A program made the position numbers and the translations under genes. Of a stretch of 64,000 nt of DNA, positions 46,340-56,351 are shown piece by piece (position 1 is the first letter of the stretch; each line of letters begins with the position of its first letter). This DNA is from a virus. Its lineage: Duplodnaviria; Heunggongvirae; Uroviricota; Caudoviricetes. Where the stretch lies: IMG/VR virus record IMGVR_UViG_3300032665_000003, one strand, 5' to 3'. A model generated the notes under the pieces. That model did not search any database, had not been told where the DNA came from, and saw only the letters and a program-made list of their open reading frames with translations.

Positions 46340-49300
46340 ATGATTTCCAGCATAAAAATTACTAGTCTTAACAACATAGGGTCTAATCTCAGTTACACCT
46401 CTCTATTCCCTGTGGTTGATATGTCAGGTACCCCGACTACTAAAAATGCTAATCTTCAAATTGTGGGGAATCTAATTCTTAGTGGTGCTGGTGGATCATA
46501 TTTTCCGCCGGCAGGCCAAGCAATTTTAGCACAATCAGTAACTAACGCCGCGCAACCAAACATAACCAGTGTTGGTACACTAGCTAACTTGTCAGTCGTT
46601 GATGTCAGTACTGTTAGGATTCCGGGCGGGAACAATGGATATGTTCTACAGACTAATGGTAATGGTAATCTATCGTGGACTGCTCAAAGTGGTTCAGGAA
46701 ACGGCAATCCGGGCGGAGCAAACTCTCAGATTCAGTTTAATGATTCTGGTCTATTTGGTGGAAGCCCGTCATTGACCTGGGATTCTCCCAACACACAATT
46801 AAACACTGTAAATTTTGCTGCCGAGCAAGCTACTATCTATGGTCCTTTAGCAACAGTTGATGCAACTGTTACTGGTAACCTAAACCTTGATGCTAATATC
46901 AATGGTACTAGAGGATTTATTACAATAAATCCTGATCCCGGTAATTCCGGTTTAGCATGGCAATTTGGTGATGAGGGTCCTAATGTCAGTCTGTTAATTG
47001 CTCCACAGAGTGATGATGCGAACATCGGTGGTATATCATTGCCGGGTTATTCCGGAGAAGCTTTCTTGGGTTGGTTAGGTAATACTGCTAACTTATTGCC
47101 CTCGCCATTTATCAATACTTTATTAATAGACAGTTCAAATAGTGTAACTATCTCGACACAGTTGGGTATGGGCTTTGGTTCTGCAGGTTGGGTATTTGAT
47201 CATGCAGGTAACTTGACTCTTCCAGGTAATGGTGAAGTGGCAATCAATTATGCAAATGGTGTCCCATACGGTGGAGGTGGTAACACAGGTAATGTTACAT
47301 TCAATGATATTAACATCATTGGCACTGGTAATTTACATTTACAGCCTAATCCCAACAATGCAGGTGCATTTTTGGATATATACTTAACTATCGGTCCAGA
47401 TATTCACATTGCAGGTAACGGTGAAAATCTAATTCTTGGAAGAGATAATAACGCAAATGTATCAGTAAATGCAAACGGGTCAGTTAGTATTCAATCAACT
47501 GATTTTGTTTCGGTTGCACCAACTACAATAGTTATCAGCGGTGCTGATTTTGCAACGGTGAACACTACGTACATAAGAGACCTCAATCAGCTAACGCCAA
47601 GTTGGTATCCGGCGGGTTACAATCCAGCTACTGATCCTTATATACTTTTTGATACGGAGTGGGGAATTTGGACCCCAGGATTCGGTCAAGCACTTTATGT
47701 GAACATCGGAACATTGACTAATCCATTAACTCAGTGGAATACTAATCCTCCTTTAGGTAGTGTTCCTCCTACTGGAACGTATTTCCCTACAATCAACACT
47801 AACCTTTGGACGTTCGGCACCGATGGCAACTTAACAGCGCCTGGCAATGCAGATTTCAATGGCAATGTAGTTACAATTGGATCGGGTGCAAGCGAACTAG
47901 CAGCATCATTACAAAACGCCACACTTGTAATAAGTGATAATGGTTCTGCATATGTACAGGCAGCTATCACCAACGTAGCAGATATCGGTTCTGCTGACTG
48001 GGTCGCTTACGGGCATCACGGCAACGACGCTGGGGGTTGGGTCGATGTGGGCTTTACTAGCTCATTCTTCAGTGACGCCAATTATACTATAACTGGTTCA
48101 GGTGATGGTTATCTGTTTGCTGAGGCCTATCTTCCGGATCAGGCCCCAGCTATAGGTGGCGGCAATTTAGTGTTGGCAACAGGTTCTCAGGGTACAACTA
48201 AGGACATCATATTCGGTACCGGCGGATTCTTGACAGAAAATATCTTTGGTAGAATAAGCGATTCAAACAACGAACTTGAGTTATCCCGTACCGGAAGCAG
48301 TCTTAATTTTGTGGGCGGCGGAAATATTATCGGCGCCAACAATATTCAGGCAGGCAATCTAACTGTAAACAACATTAATCTTTCTGGGCATATATTTGGT
48401 ACTTCTAATCCTAGCCTTGAAGGGTCAGCTACTGGACAGATGTCAAGTGGCAACTTAACTACGGTATCATATACCGCAGGCGCCCAATCAGTGATTGTTG
48501 TTGCCAGTGCATGTGAAACCGGAAATTCCGGGGGAAATGCAGTTGCAAGTATTACTGGTATTACTGGATTAGGGTTAACCTGGATTCAAAGAAGTTCTTA
48601 CGTTGACCCAACTACATTATGTGGGCAAAAGAGTGAAATATGGTACGCTATTAACAACAGCGCTACTCCTGTTTCGGGAGTCATTACTATTAGCTTTGAC
48701 ATAAATGTAGATGATCAAAGTACTATAGTTTCTAGTTATCAAAATGTAAATCTTAACAATCCATGGACTAGTTCTGGTCCACAATACAGCAATCAAGTAA
48801 ACCCAACCAGCAACGTTGCTACTATAACAGCAAATATAGCAGAACACAACACAACAGGTGTTGTATTCATGTCTACTCCGAATTTTGGTAACAGTGAGAA
48901 TGGTGCAGGATATGCGGACGGATGGAACACGGTCAATCAGGTTCTTAACAGCGGAGCTGATCTATGGGAATACAGCTATTTCAGTTGTTTACCATTCTTA
49001 AACCCGCAATCCGATCTAGTAGTAAACAGTACTAATGCTGTATTACCGAATGACGCCGACGGAAATGCTACTGGATTAACTATTATTTTTGACGCTTTGC
49101 TAGGAGGTACCGGACTATCAGTTGATCGTTTAAGCAACGGTGCGTATAGCGCAATATTGACTAGTTCAGGAAATCTCAATCTTCCTGGCAATCTAGCAGT
49201 GAGCGGTGGAGTTATTACTGGTGGTATACCTACGCAGATAGACATAAATGATTCCATAACCGGTATTAGTATAGGACCAAACTGTAATGTAACACTCAGC

Positions 49301-50863
49301 GGTAATACTTTTAATTATGCAGAAAGAGGTACTGTTGTAATTGGCAATGTTAATTCAACTACTCAAGCGATAGGTACTTGGTATTATGAGGCGTCTTGGT
49401 TTAACGCATTTAATATCTTTACGGATAATACATATAGCACACCCGTAGATTCATCTACTTGGACAACGTTTGTAGGACCTACAGATGGCACTGCTACTAT
49501 TACAGGTTATTCCCCTATTGTACCCATTACCATAGATGCAGGTGGATATCAAACTGTATTTGGAATAGACGGTAATATATATTTACCATCTAATGAATTA
49601 GGAAACACTGCATCTATAAGCACACCATTTAATGCTAATCTATCATTTAAAGTAGGTGGAACTAACACATATACTTTAGGATATGATGGTAATCTAACAC
49701 TACCTGGTAATACATTCGCTGTTAACTATGCCAACGGCACACAGGTCAACATTGGTGGCGGTGGTGGTGCAACTAATCTCATTGCCAACGGTAACAGCTA
49801 TGCCAATATAGCCACAGCAGACGGTAATTTGGTAGTCAATGTGGGCACGGATGGCTACGGAACTTGGATCTTTGAAACAGGCACGGGCAACTTGATTGGC
49901 CCCGGTAATGTATCCCAAGGTGCTGGCATTGTGTTCAGCGCAGAACAAAGTGTTTACATCCGTGAGGACATGGGTCAACTAAACATAGATGCTTTTGGTA
50001 CAGTAATCACAAGCAATTCTGGCAACACCGGCAATACCCAATCTTGGAACTTTGACAACGATGGTAACTTGACTGTGCCGGGCAACATAATCGGCAACAA
50101 TCTTGGCAATCCAATGTATATCACCGGGGCAACTGCCAATACTGACCGTATAGCTGGCACATTGGTCTTGAGTGGCGGCAGCACAACCAACGGCATAGGT
50201 GGACTTCCGTCGGCTGGTGGAGCCTTGGTATTAAATGGTGGCACCGCAACTGGCTGTGCGACCGTGGGCGGCAGTGTGTTAATCAATGCCGGGCAAGGCG
50301 ACGGTGACTGGGGAAATATAACTCTAACTGTCAACTCAAAAGCCACGCTGTTCAACGAATCCGGTCAGGTAATATTGCCCGCAGTCAAGATCGGTACAGA
50401 AATCACGTATGATCCAGGCAATCCTTACGAAGGTGAGCAGCTGGGCCTATACGGCACACGCAGAATCATATCACCTAACTCGGGCAACACCAATCAAGTT
50501 ACAATTTCTACCATCATACAGAGTCCACAGTTTGGCTCTCCACAGGTGGTCTACACCGCATACAACGCAAAGGTCTGGGCATTTCGGATGACCATGCGTA
50601 TCCAACACGGAGCCGGCACACCGCAAAACATGCAGATGGCCGATATTTTTGCCGCCAGAAATGATTCGGGCGACATAACTTACAGCATAACCAATCGACT
50701 CAAAACAGATCCAACCGAAGATGATGTGGTGATTGTTCCTGCCTATGATCCAATCTACGGCACCATGTTCATCAATGCCACTGCTACTGGCAACGGAACA
50801 GCTGCCAATGGATCATACTACTTTACATTCGATGTTGTAGAATTCAACCAAACTTTTGATTAG
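46340..50863 (+). CDS. Large mosaic tail fibre/adhesin protein
   Basis: 1507 aa, Gly/Asn/Thr-rich, PGGANSQIQFN, recurrent GNLTxPGN motifs. Confidence 0.75.
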   Translation: MISSIKITSLNNIGSNLSYTSLFPVVDMSGTPTTKNANLQIVGNLILSGAGGSYFPPAGQAILAQSVTNAAQPNITSVGTLANLSVVDVSTVRIPGGNNGYVLQTNGNGNLSWTAQSGSGNGNPGGANSQIQFNDSGLFGGSPSLTWDSPNTQLNTVNFAAEQATIYGPLATVDATVTGNLNLDANINGTRGFITINPDPGNSGLAWQFGDEGPNVSLLIAPQSDDANIGGISLPGYSGEAFLGWLGNTANLLPSPFINTLLIDSSNSVTISTQLGMGFGSAGWVFDHAGNLTLPGNGEVAINYANGVPYGGGGNTGNVTFNDINIIGTGNLHLQPNPNNAGAFLDIYLTIGPDIHIAGNGENLILGRDNNANVSVNANGSVSIQSTDFVSVAPTTIVISGADFATVNTTYIRDLNQLTPSWYPAGYNPATDPYILFDTEWGIWTPGFGQALYVNIGTLTNPLTQWNTNPPLGSVPPTGTYFPTINTNLWTFGTDGNLTAPGNADFNGNVVTIGSGASELAASLQNATLVISDNGSAYVQAAITNVADIGSADWVAYGHHGNDAGGWVDVGFTSSFFSDANYTITGSGDGYLFAEAYLPDQAPAIGGGNLVLATGSQGTTKDIIFGTGGFLTENIFGRISDSNNELELSRTGSSLNFVGGGNIIGANNIQAGNLTVNNINLSGHIFGTSNPSLEGSATGQMSSGNLTTVSYTAGAQSVIVVASACETGNSGGNAVASITGITGLGLTWIQRSSYVDPTTLCGQKSEIWYAINNSATPVSGVITISFDINVDDQSTIVSSYQNVNLNNPWTSSGPQYSNQVNPTSNVATITANIAEHNTTGVVFMSTPNFGNSENGAGYADGWNTVNQVLNSGADLWEYSYFSCLPFLNPQSDLVVNSTNAVLPNDADGNATGLTIIFDALLGGTGLSVDRLSNGAYSAILTSSGNLNLPGNLAVSGGVITGGIPTQIDINDSITGISIGPNCNVTLSGNTFNYAERGTVVIGNVNSTTQAIGTWYYEASWFNAFNIFTDNTYSTPVDSSTWTTFVGPTDGTATITGYSPIVPITIDAGGYQTVFGIDGNIYLPSNELGNTASISTPFNANLSFKVGGTNTYTLGYDGNLTLPGNTFAVNYANGTQVNIGGGGGATNLIANGNSYANIATADGNLVVNVGTDGYGTWIFETGTGNLIGPGNVSQGAGIVFSAEQSVYIREDMGQLNIDAFGTVITSNSGNTGNTQSWNFDNDGNLTVPGNIIGNNLGNPMYITGATANTDRIAGTLVLSGGSTTNGIGGLPSAGGALVLNGGTATGCATVGGSVLINAGQGDGDWGNITLTVNSKATLFNESGQVILPAVKIGTEITYDPGNPYEGEQLGLYGTRRIISPNSGNTNQVTISTIIQSPQFGSPQVVYTAYNAKVWAFRMTMRIQHGAGTPQNMQMADIFAARNDSGDITYSITNRLKTDPTEDDVVIVPAYDPIYGTMFINATATGNGTAANGSYYFTFDVVEFNQTFD

Positions 50864-50872
50864 GAATCATAA

Positions 50873-51613
50873 ATGTCAGCAAACATAACACCATTTAACT
50901 CGGACGGCGGGTTTAGCACAACAGGCAATATTACTGGTGGCAACATTGCTACCTCAGGCACAGGTGGAGATATCACTTTAACTGGTGGTAACATCGCTGG
51001 TGCTAATAATGTCAGCACTGGAACTGTCACACTTGTAAACGGTGCTGTATTAAAAGATAATGCGGGCAACGCAGTATCATTTGGTCCAGGTGCCGGCCAA
51101 ACATCGCAAGGCGACTCAGCAGTGGCTATTGGTCCTTCGGCTGGTGGGAACACCCAAGGCATTGAATCAGTGGCTGTTGGTTCGCTGGCTGGATATGACA
51201 CTCAAGGCAATAACGCAGTGGCGGTTGGTTCATTTGCTGGTCAAACTAATCAAGGGTTACAAGCAGTGGCTATCGGTGGTGGTGCTGGTGCAACCAATCA
51301 AGGTGTCTACGCGGTGGCAATTGGCGCGGCTGCCGGTGCCGCGGGCAATTCAGCAGTGGCCATTGGTGTAAGTTCTGGTTTTAGTAATCAAGGTAATTTT
51401 GCAGTGGCCATTGGTGCCAGTGCTGGTGCAACCAATCAAGGCAACAATTCAATCATATTGAATGCCACTGGTAGTAGCTTAGATCAACCCACAGCCAACA
51501 CATTCACAGTGAAACCTGTGCGTGGTGATAGCACAGCCAATTTAGTCAGCGGAGGATTCAAAGCAGTGTATTACAATTCCACCACTGGTGAGTTCTGTTA
51601 CAGTACCGATTAG
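50873..51613 (+). CDS. Tail fibre protein with YadA-head-like repeats
   Basis: Repeats QGxxAVAIGxxAG. Confidence 0.75.
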   Translation: MSANITPFNSDGGFSTTGNITGGNIATSGTGGDITLTGGNIAGANNVSTGTVTLVNGAVLKDNAGNAVSFGPGAGQTSQGDSAVAIGPSAGGNTQGIESVAVGSLAGYDTQGNNAVAVGSFAGQTNQGLQAVAIGGGAGATNQGVYAVAIGAAAGAAGNSAVAIGVSSGFSNQGNFAVAIGASAGATNQGNNSIILNATGSSLDQPTANTFTVKPVRGDSTANLVSGGFKAVYYNSTTGEFCYSTD

Positions 51614-51621
51614 GACAATCA

Positions 51622-52350
51622 ATGGCAATAACATTTGGACCTGGAATAACCCTCGGAGCAGGAATATACACAGCACCTCCATTGGTAACTGATGGGTTAC
51701 TGTTAAATTTTGATGCCGCTACATATTCAGGGTCAGGCAACTGGGTTGATAGTTATAATGGCGTTCAAGCGGTTCCTACAAATGCGCCAGCCTGGAGTTC
51801 AACTAATGGCGGAACTTTTGTATTGGATGCTCCGTCGGTTCAATACTTTACTGTGCCTTGGCCCACATTTCAGCCTACCTACACCATAGACATATGGTTT
51901 AACTTTACAGCCAGTCAAGTTGGCGGTGCCCCTTGTTTAATATCTGATGAATTTACTGGTGCGCAATTTAACTTTACAATAAACGCCTCTGCTGATTATC
52001 TACAAACAGGCTGGTACGATACTAACTGGCAGGGACAGTTTGCTACCAACAATGTCGCAACAGCATTTACACACGATGGATCAACTTGGTACAATATTAC
52101 TATGGCAGTAGGTGCCGCAGAATATAAAGATTACATCAACGGTGCTGTAAGTTATGCGCCAGGCAACTTTGGCGGCGGAGCAGCTCCTAACGGTAGTAGT
52201 CCTACACAGAGATTTTTTATTGGACATCGTTGGGACTTGGATGAAACAGTAAATGCCAAAATAGCTGTGGTCAACATCTACGACCGTGCCTTAACCGATG
52301 CAGAAGTCTCCCAAAACTTTAATTATTATCGCTCACGATTTGGTCTATAA
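51622..52350 (+). CDS. LamG/concanavalin-like domain virion protein
   Basis: GLLLNFDA..Y.GSG, YTIDIWF, WYNI, IYDRALT..EV.QNF. Confidence 0.8.
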   Translation: MAITFGPGITLGAGIYTAPPLVTDGLLLNFDAATYSGSGNWVDSYNGVQAVPTNAPAWSSTNGGTFVLDAPSVQYFTVPWPTFQPTYTIDIWFNFTASQVGGAPCLISDEFTGAQFNFTINASADYLQTGWYDTNWQGQFATNNVATAFTHDGSTWYNITMAVGAAEYKDYINGAVSYAPGNFGGGAAPNGSSPTQRFFIGHRWDLDETVNAKIAVVNIYDRALTDAEVSQNFNYYRSRFGL

Positions 52351-52360
52351 GGATAACACA

Positions 52361-53194
52361 ATGACAAAGCAGCCCGTAATTGATCAATCACAAGATCCGG
52401 GAATTAATCGCACACCCGTAAAGTTCAAGCCAGCTAACCTTCCGATGGCCATTCCCAAATATCATTGGGTACGGGATTTACCTGATTCTCGTGATTATAT
52501 TTACAAACCCATAGCATCCGTAACTCCGTCGACCGTTGATCTTAGATCATACTCGACACCAATAGAGAATCAGGGTCCATTGGGAAGTTGTACCGGAAAC
52601 GCCATCGCAGAGGCAATAGAGTATCTAAACAGAAAAAACAATAAGAGCACCGAAGTAAGTAGATTGTTTATCTACTATTACGAACGTCTTATCGAAGGCA
52701 CAGTTAGCTACGACAGTGGTGCATACATACGCGACGGTATTAGAGCCACATATACATACGGTGCTTCTCTAGAAAGTCTCTGGCCTTATAATATTACTAG
52801 ATTTAAGCAGGCACCTTCTCCTGCTGCGGTATCTGATGGATTGAGACGCAAAGTAACATTATACGAGAGAGCGTTAGATTTTAGTGCGTGTATCAATGCA
52901 TTGTCTAACGGGTATCCTGTTACGGTCGGGTTTGATGTATACAGTAGCTTTGAAAGTACCACGGTAGCACGAACCGGAATAATGCCGTATCCTAACGTTC
53001 GCACTGAGCAACTTTTAGGTGGACATGCGGTTCTTCTTGTAGGATATAATAATAGTACCCAACAATTTATTGCGAAAAACAGTTGGGGATCCAATTGGGG
53101 TGATCATGGGTATTTTTATATGCCATATGCGGTCATTCAAAATACCAACATGAGCAGTGACTTTTGGATCATAAAATCCGTCAACAATCCATAA
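52361..53194 (+). CDS. Papain-like C1A cysteine protease
   Basis: QGPLGSCTGNA, GGHAVLLVGY, KNSWG..WGDHGY. Confidence 0.92.
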   Translation: MTKQPVIDQSQDPGINRTPVKFKPANLPMAIPKYHWVRDLPDSRDYIYKPIASVTPSTVDLRSYSTPIENQGPLGSCTGNAIAEAIEYLNRKNNKSTEVSRLFIYYYERLIEGTVSYDSGAYIRDGIRATYTYGASLESLWPYNITRFKQAPSPAAVSDGLRRKVTLYERALDFSACINALSNGYPVTVGFDVYSSFESTTVARTGIMPYPNVRTEQLLGGHAVLLVGYNNSTQQFIAKNSWGSNWGDHGYFYMPYAVIQNTNMSSDFWIIKSVNNP

Positions 53195-53218
53195 AAGAAG
53201 CCCCTTACGGGGCTTCTT
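53195..53218. terminator. Bidirectional terminator between convergent genes
   Basis: AAGAAGCCCC-TTAC-GGGGCTTCTT perfect stem. Confidence 0.85.
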
Positions 53219-53222
53219 TATA

Positions 53223-53426
53223 TTAGGAATCCTTAGGAAGAGAATCAGCTTCCTTCAGAAGTGTAGCAACTTCATCTAGATCATGACAGACCAATTTAAG
53301 ATTGGCCCAATCATCATTCTTATTGTGGCCTGAAACTTCGACCATATAAGCATTGTCGTAGAAGTGAACAGTAACACTTTCACTGACCTTAGTCAGTTTG
53401 TCAGCGATCTTTAACACCTTAGCCAT
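53223..53426 (-). CDS. Hypothetical protein
   Basis: 67-aa ORF. Confidence 0.7.
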   Translation of the reverse strand: MAKVLKIADKLTKVSESVTVHFYDNAYMVEVSGHNKNDDWANLKLVCHDLDEVATLLKEADSLPKDS

Positions 53427-53791
53427 TACTCGGAACCTACAGCATTGAGAATGTCATCAACCGTAGTGTCGATCTTAGGACGATTCTTGATGGCGTCTAG
53501 CGAAGGCTTAGCCTTAACCTTGACCTCGCCCTTACGAGATTCCTTTTCCTTATCAGCGAGAGTGTCACTGATAGTGGCTTGATCTTCCGCAGATTGATAA
53601 GAAGGATGGGTAAGCATGTGCTTGAGCGCATCGATCTTATTCATTTCGTTCGGCAGTTCAATAAAGTCGGTTCGTTGGGCGCCGCCCTTAGCAAATTGCT
53701 TTACACGGCGAACCATATCGTCAGTGAAGCGAACCTTAGCGTTGCCGTTATGGGCCGTAATACCAACAACCTTAAATAGTTGAGTAGTCAT
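53426..53791 (-). CDS. Hypothetical protein
   Basis: KVRFTDDMVRRVK...ELP..M.K. Confidence 0.75.
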   Translation of the reverse strand: MTTQLFKVVGITAHNGNAKVRFTDDMVRRVKQFAKGGAQRTDFIELPNEMNKIDALKHMLTHPSYQSAEDQATISDTLADKEKESRKGEVKVKAKPSLDAIKNRPKIDTTVDDILNAVGSE

Positions 53792-53887
53792 GTAATACCT
53801 TTAAAAGTTGAACCTGTGCAAAATTACACATTATTATATATAATACGGAAGGGTATGAAAGTCAATGACTCTCATACCCAAAACGCA

Positions 53888-54037
53888 TTAGCGAATGAAG
53901 TTCGCGCTCTCAGAGTAAAGCTTAGGACCGTAAAGAGCCTTAGCAAGCTGAATAGCTTCGTAGTTGTTATTAGCTTGAATCTCGACACGAATGTTAGTGC
54001 CGGCATCGTTACGAACCAGAATCCAATAGGTATGCAT
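53888..54037 (-). CDS. Small hypothetical protein (49 aa)
   Basis: Manual translation MHTYWILVRNDAGTNIRVEIQANNNYEAIQLAKALYG...; AAGGA RBS. Confidence 0.65.
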   Translation of the reverse strand: MHTYWILVRNDAGTNIRVEIQANNNYEAIQLAKALYGPKLYSESANFIR

Positions 54038-54071
54038 TTCAGTTTTCCTTGTTTGTGTTGGGGTTAAGTTT

Positions 54072-54485
54072 TTACGCAGTTACTTCGTACGGCTTGTTCC
54101 ACCGTCCGATATTTACATCCGCGTGCCACCCCACATTGAAGTAGTCCGATTGGACGTCCGACTTATTCCAGTTACCTTCATTCAGTGCCGGAATAACTTC
54201 TGACAGAAAAGCGAGGGCTTCGCCGTCAAAATGCTCTTGATAGTGATACGGGTTAACGTAAGCTGACTTAGTGGGAGTGAATCCACGTGCCACTTTCATA
54301 AGCATCAGCTCCTGGCTGCAAACGCGATTTTGGTTCGCAACAAAGTCAATCTTACCAGACTTGATAGTCAGCACCAACGTAGAGTGATTATCGACCGAAA
54401 GAGAACCCGTAAGATTGTACTTCTTAAGAAGTTCCTTCACCTTAGGGGCGATCTGTTGCTTGCGATCTTGCGACATATAAGCCAT
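54072..54485 (-). CDS. Hypothetical early protein
   Basis: MAYMSQDRK...NWNKSD.QSDYFNVGW...IGRWNKPY; GGAG RBS. Confidence 0.85.
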   Translation of the reverse strand: MAYMSQDRKQQIAPKVKELLKKYNLTGSLSVDNHSTLVLTIKSGKIDFVANQNRVCSQELMLMKVARGFTPTKSAYVNPYHYQEHFDGEALAFLSEVIPALNEGNWNKSDVQSDYFNVGWHADVNIGRWNKPYEVTA

Positions 54486-54522
54486 TTCACGTCTCCGTTT
54501 GTTGAGTCAATCTCTATGATTC

Positions 54523-54551
54523 ATAGTAACAAAACACATACCCGAAGTCAA
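54523..54551 (-). promoter_or_regulatory. sigma70-like promoter overlapping stop of single-repeat gene
   Basis: TTGACT-17-TACTAT. Confidence 0.65.
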
Positions 54552-54781
54552 CCGATATTAGCCATTTTCTTTTGTGTGAGTTTTCGGTGTTCTTCTTCGG
54601 TCATGTTTTGGTCGTTTAGATACCAAGCCCGACTTCCATCCGCATATTCAATCGCAGGACCATCTTCTCGGTGACGTTGCCCGTTTAAAAACCAATCCCG
54701 AGTTCCGAATACGTCCACATGAATGGTATACCCCTTAAGAATATACCACATCATTTGTTCGTCAGATATCGGAGGTAGCAT
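54548..54781 (-). CDS. Single-repeat paralogue of 32645-33223
   Basis: Same N-terminus (MLPP.S.EQ.MWYILKGYTI) and C-terminus (EHRKLTQKKMANIG), one 23-aa unit. Confidence 0.85.
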   Translation of the reverse strand: MLPPISDEQMMWYILKGYTIHVDVFGTRDWFLNGQRHREDGPAIEYADGSRAWYLNDQNMTEEEHRKLTQKKMANIG

Positions 54782-54790
54782 AACTAAACC

Positions 54791-55018
54791 TTAAAACATG
54801 TGGAGACGAATGGCAGCACCGACGACATAGATGCCGAGCAAGGCACCGTTCACTGCAATCAGTGAAGATTCCTTCATTCGCAGTGCAGCGACAAGCCAAA
54901 ACACAGAACCCAAATTCAGCAACACTACATTGAGCGGATCCAACTTAAATGCAGTAGCCATTGCTCCTGCAATAGTAAATCCAGTGCCCAGCCACTTAAA
55001 TACGGTTAGATTGATCAC
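54791..55018 (-). CDS. Small three-TM membrane protein
   Basis: KWLGT...NVVLLNLGS..W..A...KE.SLI.VN; GGAG RBS before GTG. Confidence 0.7.
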   Translation of the reverse strand: MINLTVFKWLGTGFTIAGAMATAFKLDPLNVVLLNLGSVFWLVAALRMKESSLIAVNGALLGIYVVGAAIRLHMF

Positions 55019-55199
55019 GCAACATCTCCAAATATTTTTCTGCAGGATATAGAGGATATTCCCAATATCCATATTCATCTAACTTTCTATAACCGCAAGT
55101 GAGTGATTCACACACACCAGTGCTAAATTGTGGCCGTTCGCCAGCTTCCCAACGAACAAGGGCTCCGCATTCTTTGGTAAATTCTACCAGTTCATCCAT
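54996..55199 (-). CDS. Hypothetical protein
   Basis: ORF 54996-55217; GAGG RBS. Confidence 0.55.
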   Translation of the reverse strand: MDELVEFTKECGALVRWEAGERPQFSTGVCESLTCGYRKLDEYGYWEYPLYPAEKYLEMLRDQSNRI

Positions 55200-55258
55200 A
55201 AAAAACCCTCGTTCCAATCTTACGTCAATATAAGATCAAAACGAGGGAAAGTCAATGA

Positions 55259-55843
55259 TTATCCGTAGAAAATCTGAGTACCTATTTGAGCAAGGCGTAT
55301 TAAGCGTGCCCAGTGAGGATGAACCACACTAGCATGAAAGTACAGGGCGTGCTCTATGCCCTTAACCCTCTTGCCATCAAGAGCCTGTTGGGCGACCTTC
55401 AAACAGTCTTCCCATGCAGCTCCTTTGGGCAATGACAACCTAGTCTTTTTATTACTAGCCCAATTGAATTGGTTTGGTGCTAGTACCACTCCGCAAATGG
55501 AGTTGGCGAATTTAGGACTTTGAGTACGGTTTATAGTCACTTGAGCCACAGCTAGTTTGCCTACCTGAGTCTCATGCCCTGCTTCATAGTAAATATTCTT
55601 AGCTAGACACGTCAGTTCTCGATTAGTATAGTTAATTTTTTCTGCGGTGTCTACGATTGACAGGAATTTAGCACTGTCGTATGCGTCTTTTAGTAATTGT
55701 TCCGGACTAAGAGCGGGAACCGGATTAGTATTTGCGGCTTCTTGCGCATGTAGTTGCTGCCAAGAAAAAGAAATGCAAAGTGCGACAGCTAAAACTTTAC
55801 ATAGTTTGGCCATTTTACTAGCCGTAGTTTGAGAAGTATACAT
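55259..55843 (-). CDS. Cell wall hydrolase (SleB/Hydrolase_2)
   Basis: CLAKNIYYEA, AVAQVTINR, ICGVV...QFNW, ALYFHA, IGTQIFY; N-terminal signal/TM. Confidence 0.9.
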   Translation of the reverse strand: MYTSQTTASKMAKLCKVLAVALCISFSWQQLHAQEAANTNPVPALSPEQLLKDAYDSAKFLSIVDTAEKINYTNRELTCLAKNIYYEAGHETQVGKLAVAQVTINRTQSPKFANSICGVVLAPNQFNWASNKKTRLSLPKGAAWEDCLKVAQQALDGKRVKGIEHALYFHASVVHPHWARLIRLAQIGTQIFYG

Positions 55844-55865
55844 AGTATTTCCTTAATTGGGCCGC

Positions 55866-56046
55866 TATATACCACACCAACGATAGTCTGTTAGGTATAT
55901 ACAGTAGCACTTCCATCAGCCTTCCATAAATGGGATAACCGTATCTTGGATACGGGTTTTGCATCCCCTTACGTAGGGCCATTTGGCAATTAACTGAAAT
56001 ATCAGTTAATCAGAGAATCTCCACAATAGAGACTCTCAGGCACTTC
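55866..56046 (-). ncRNA. Candidate structured RNA / long leader of the cell wall hydrolase
   Basis: At least five hairpins (e.g. 55989-56010, 56013-56037 with minus-strand G-U, 55937-55958, 55866-55901). Confidence 0.5.
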
Positions 56047-56064
56047 ACTATACAAATCAAAAGT

Positions 56065-56232
56065 TTAGTAACGGTTTAGGTCACATTCCTTTTTAGGATG
56101 CTTAGCTTTGCGCGTGTAGCGAGTATTAGGTTCGATTACTTTGTTCTTGAAGGGAGTATCGCCGAACAAAATGAGTCCGGCGGCACGTGCCTTCAAGCGT
56201 TTCGGTTCAAACTTAATAATTTCTCGTTTCAT
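56065..56232 (-). CDS. Small basic protein (55 aa), weak ArfA-like C-terminus
   Basis: Manual translation ...LFGDTPFKNKVIEPNTRYTRKAKHPK. Confidence 0.55.
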   Translation of the reverse strand: MKREIIKFEPKRLKARAAGLILFGDTPFKNKVIEPNTRYTRKAKHPKKECDLNRY

Positions 56233-56351
56233 GTTCTAACTATACATCCAACTTGATATAGTGTCAAGCCTTTTGTGTTTCGGCTTTCTCAAGGCCTACA
56301 CAGTAGTATTTAGTACGAGGGTGTAGTTTAAAAACACTTATACTTTTTAAG

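Noticed and set aside
56070-56120. c-di-GMP-I riboswitch-like words (GCAAAGC...CCTAAAC) on the minus strand
   Set aside because: They lie inside the coding sequence of the 55-aa ORF and lack the GGCAAAC/GAAA P2 architecture
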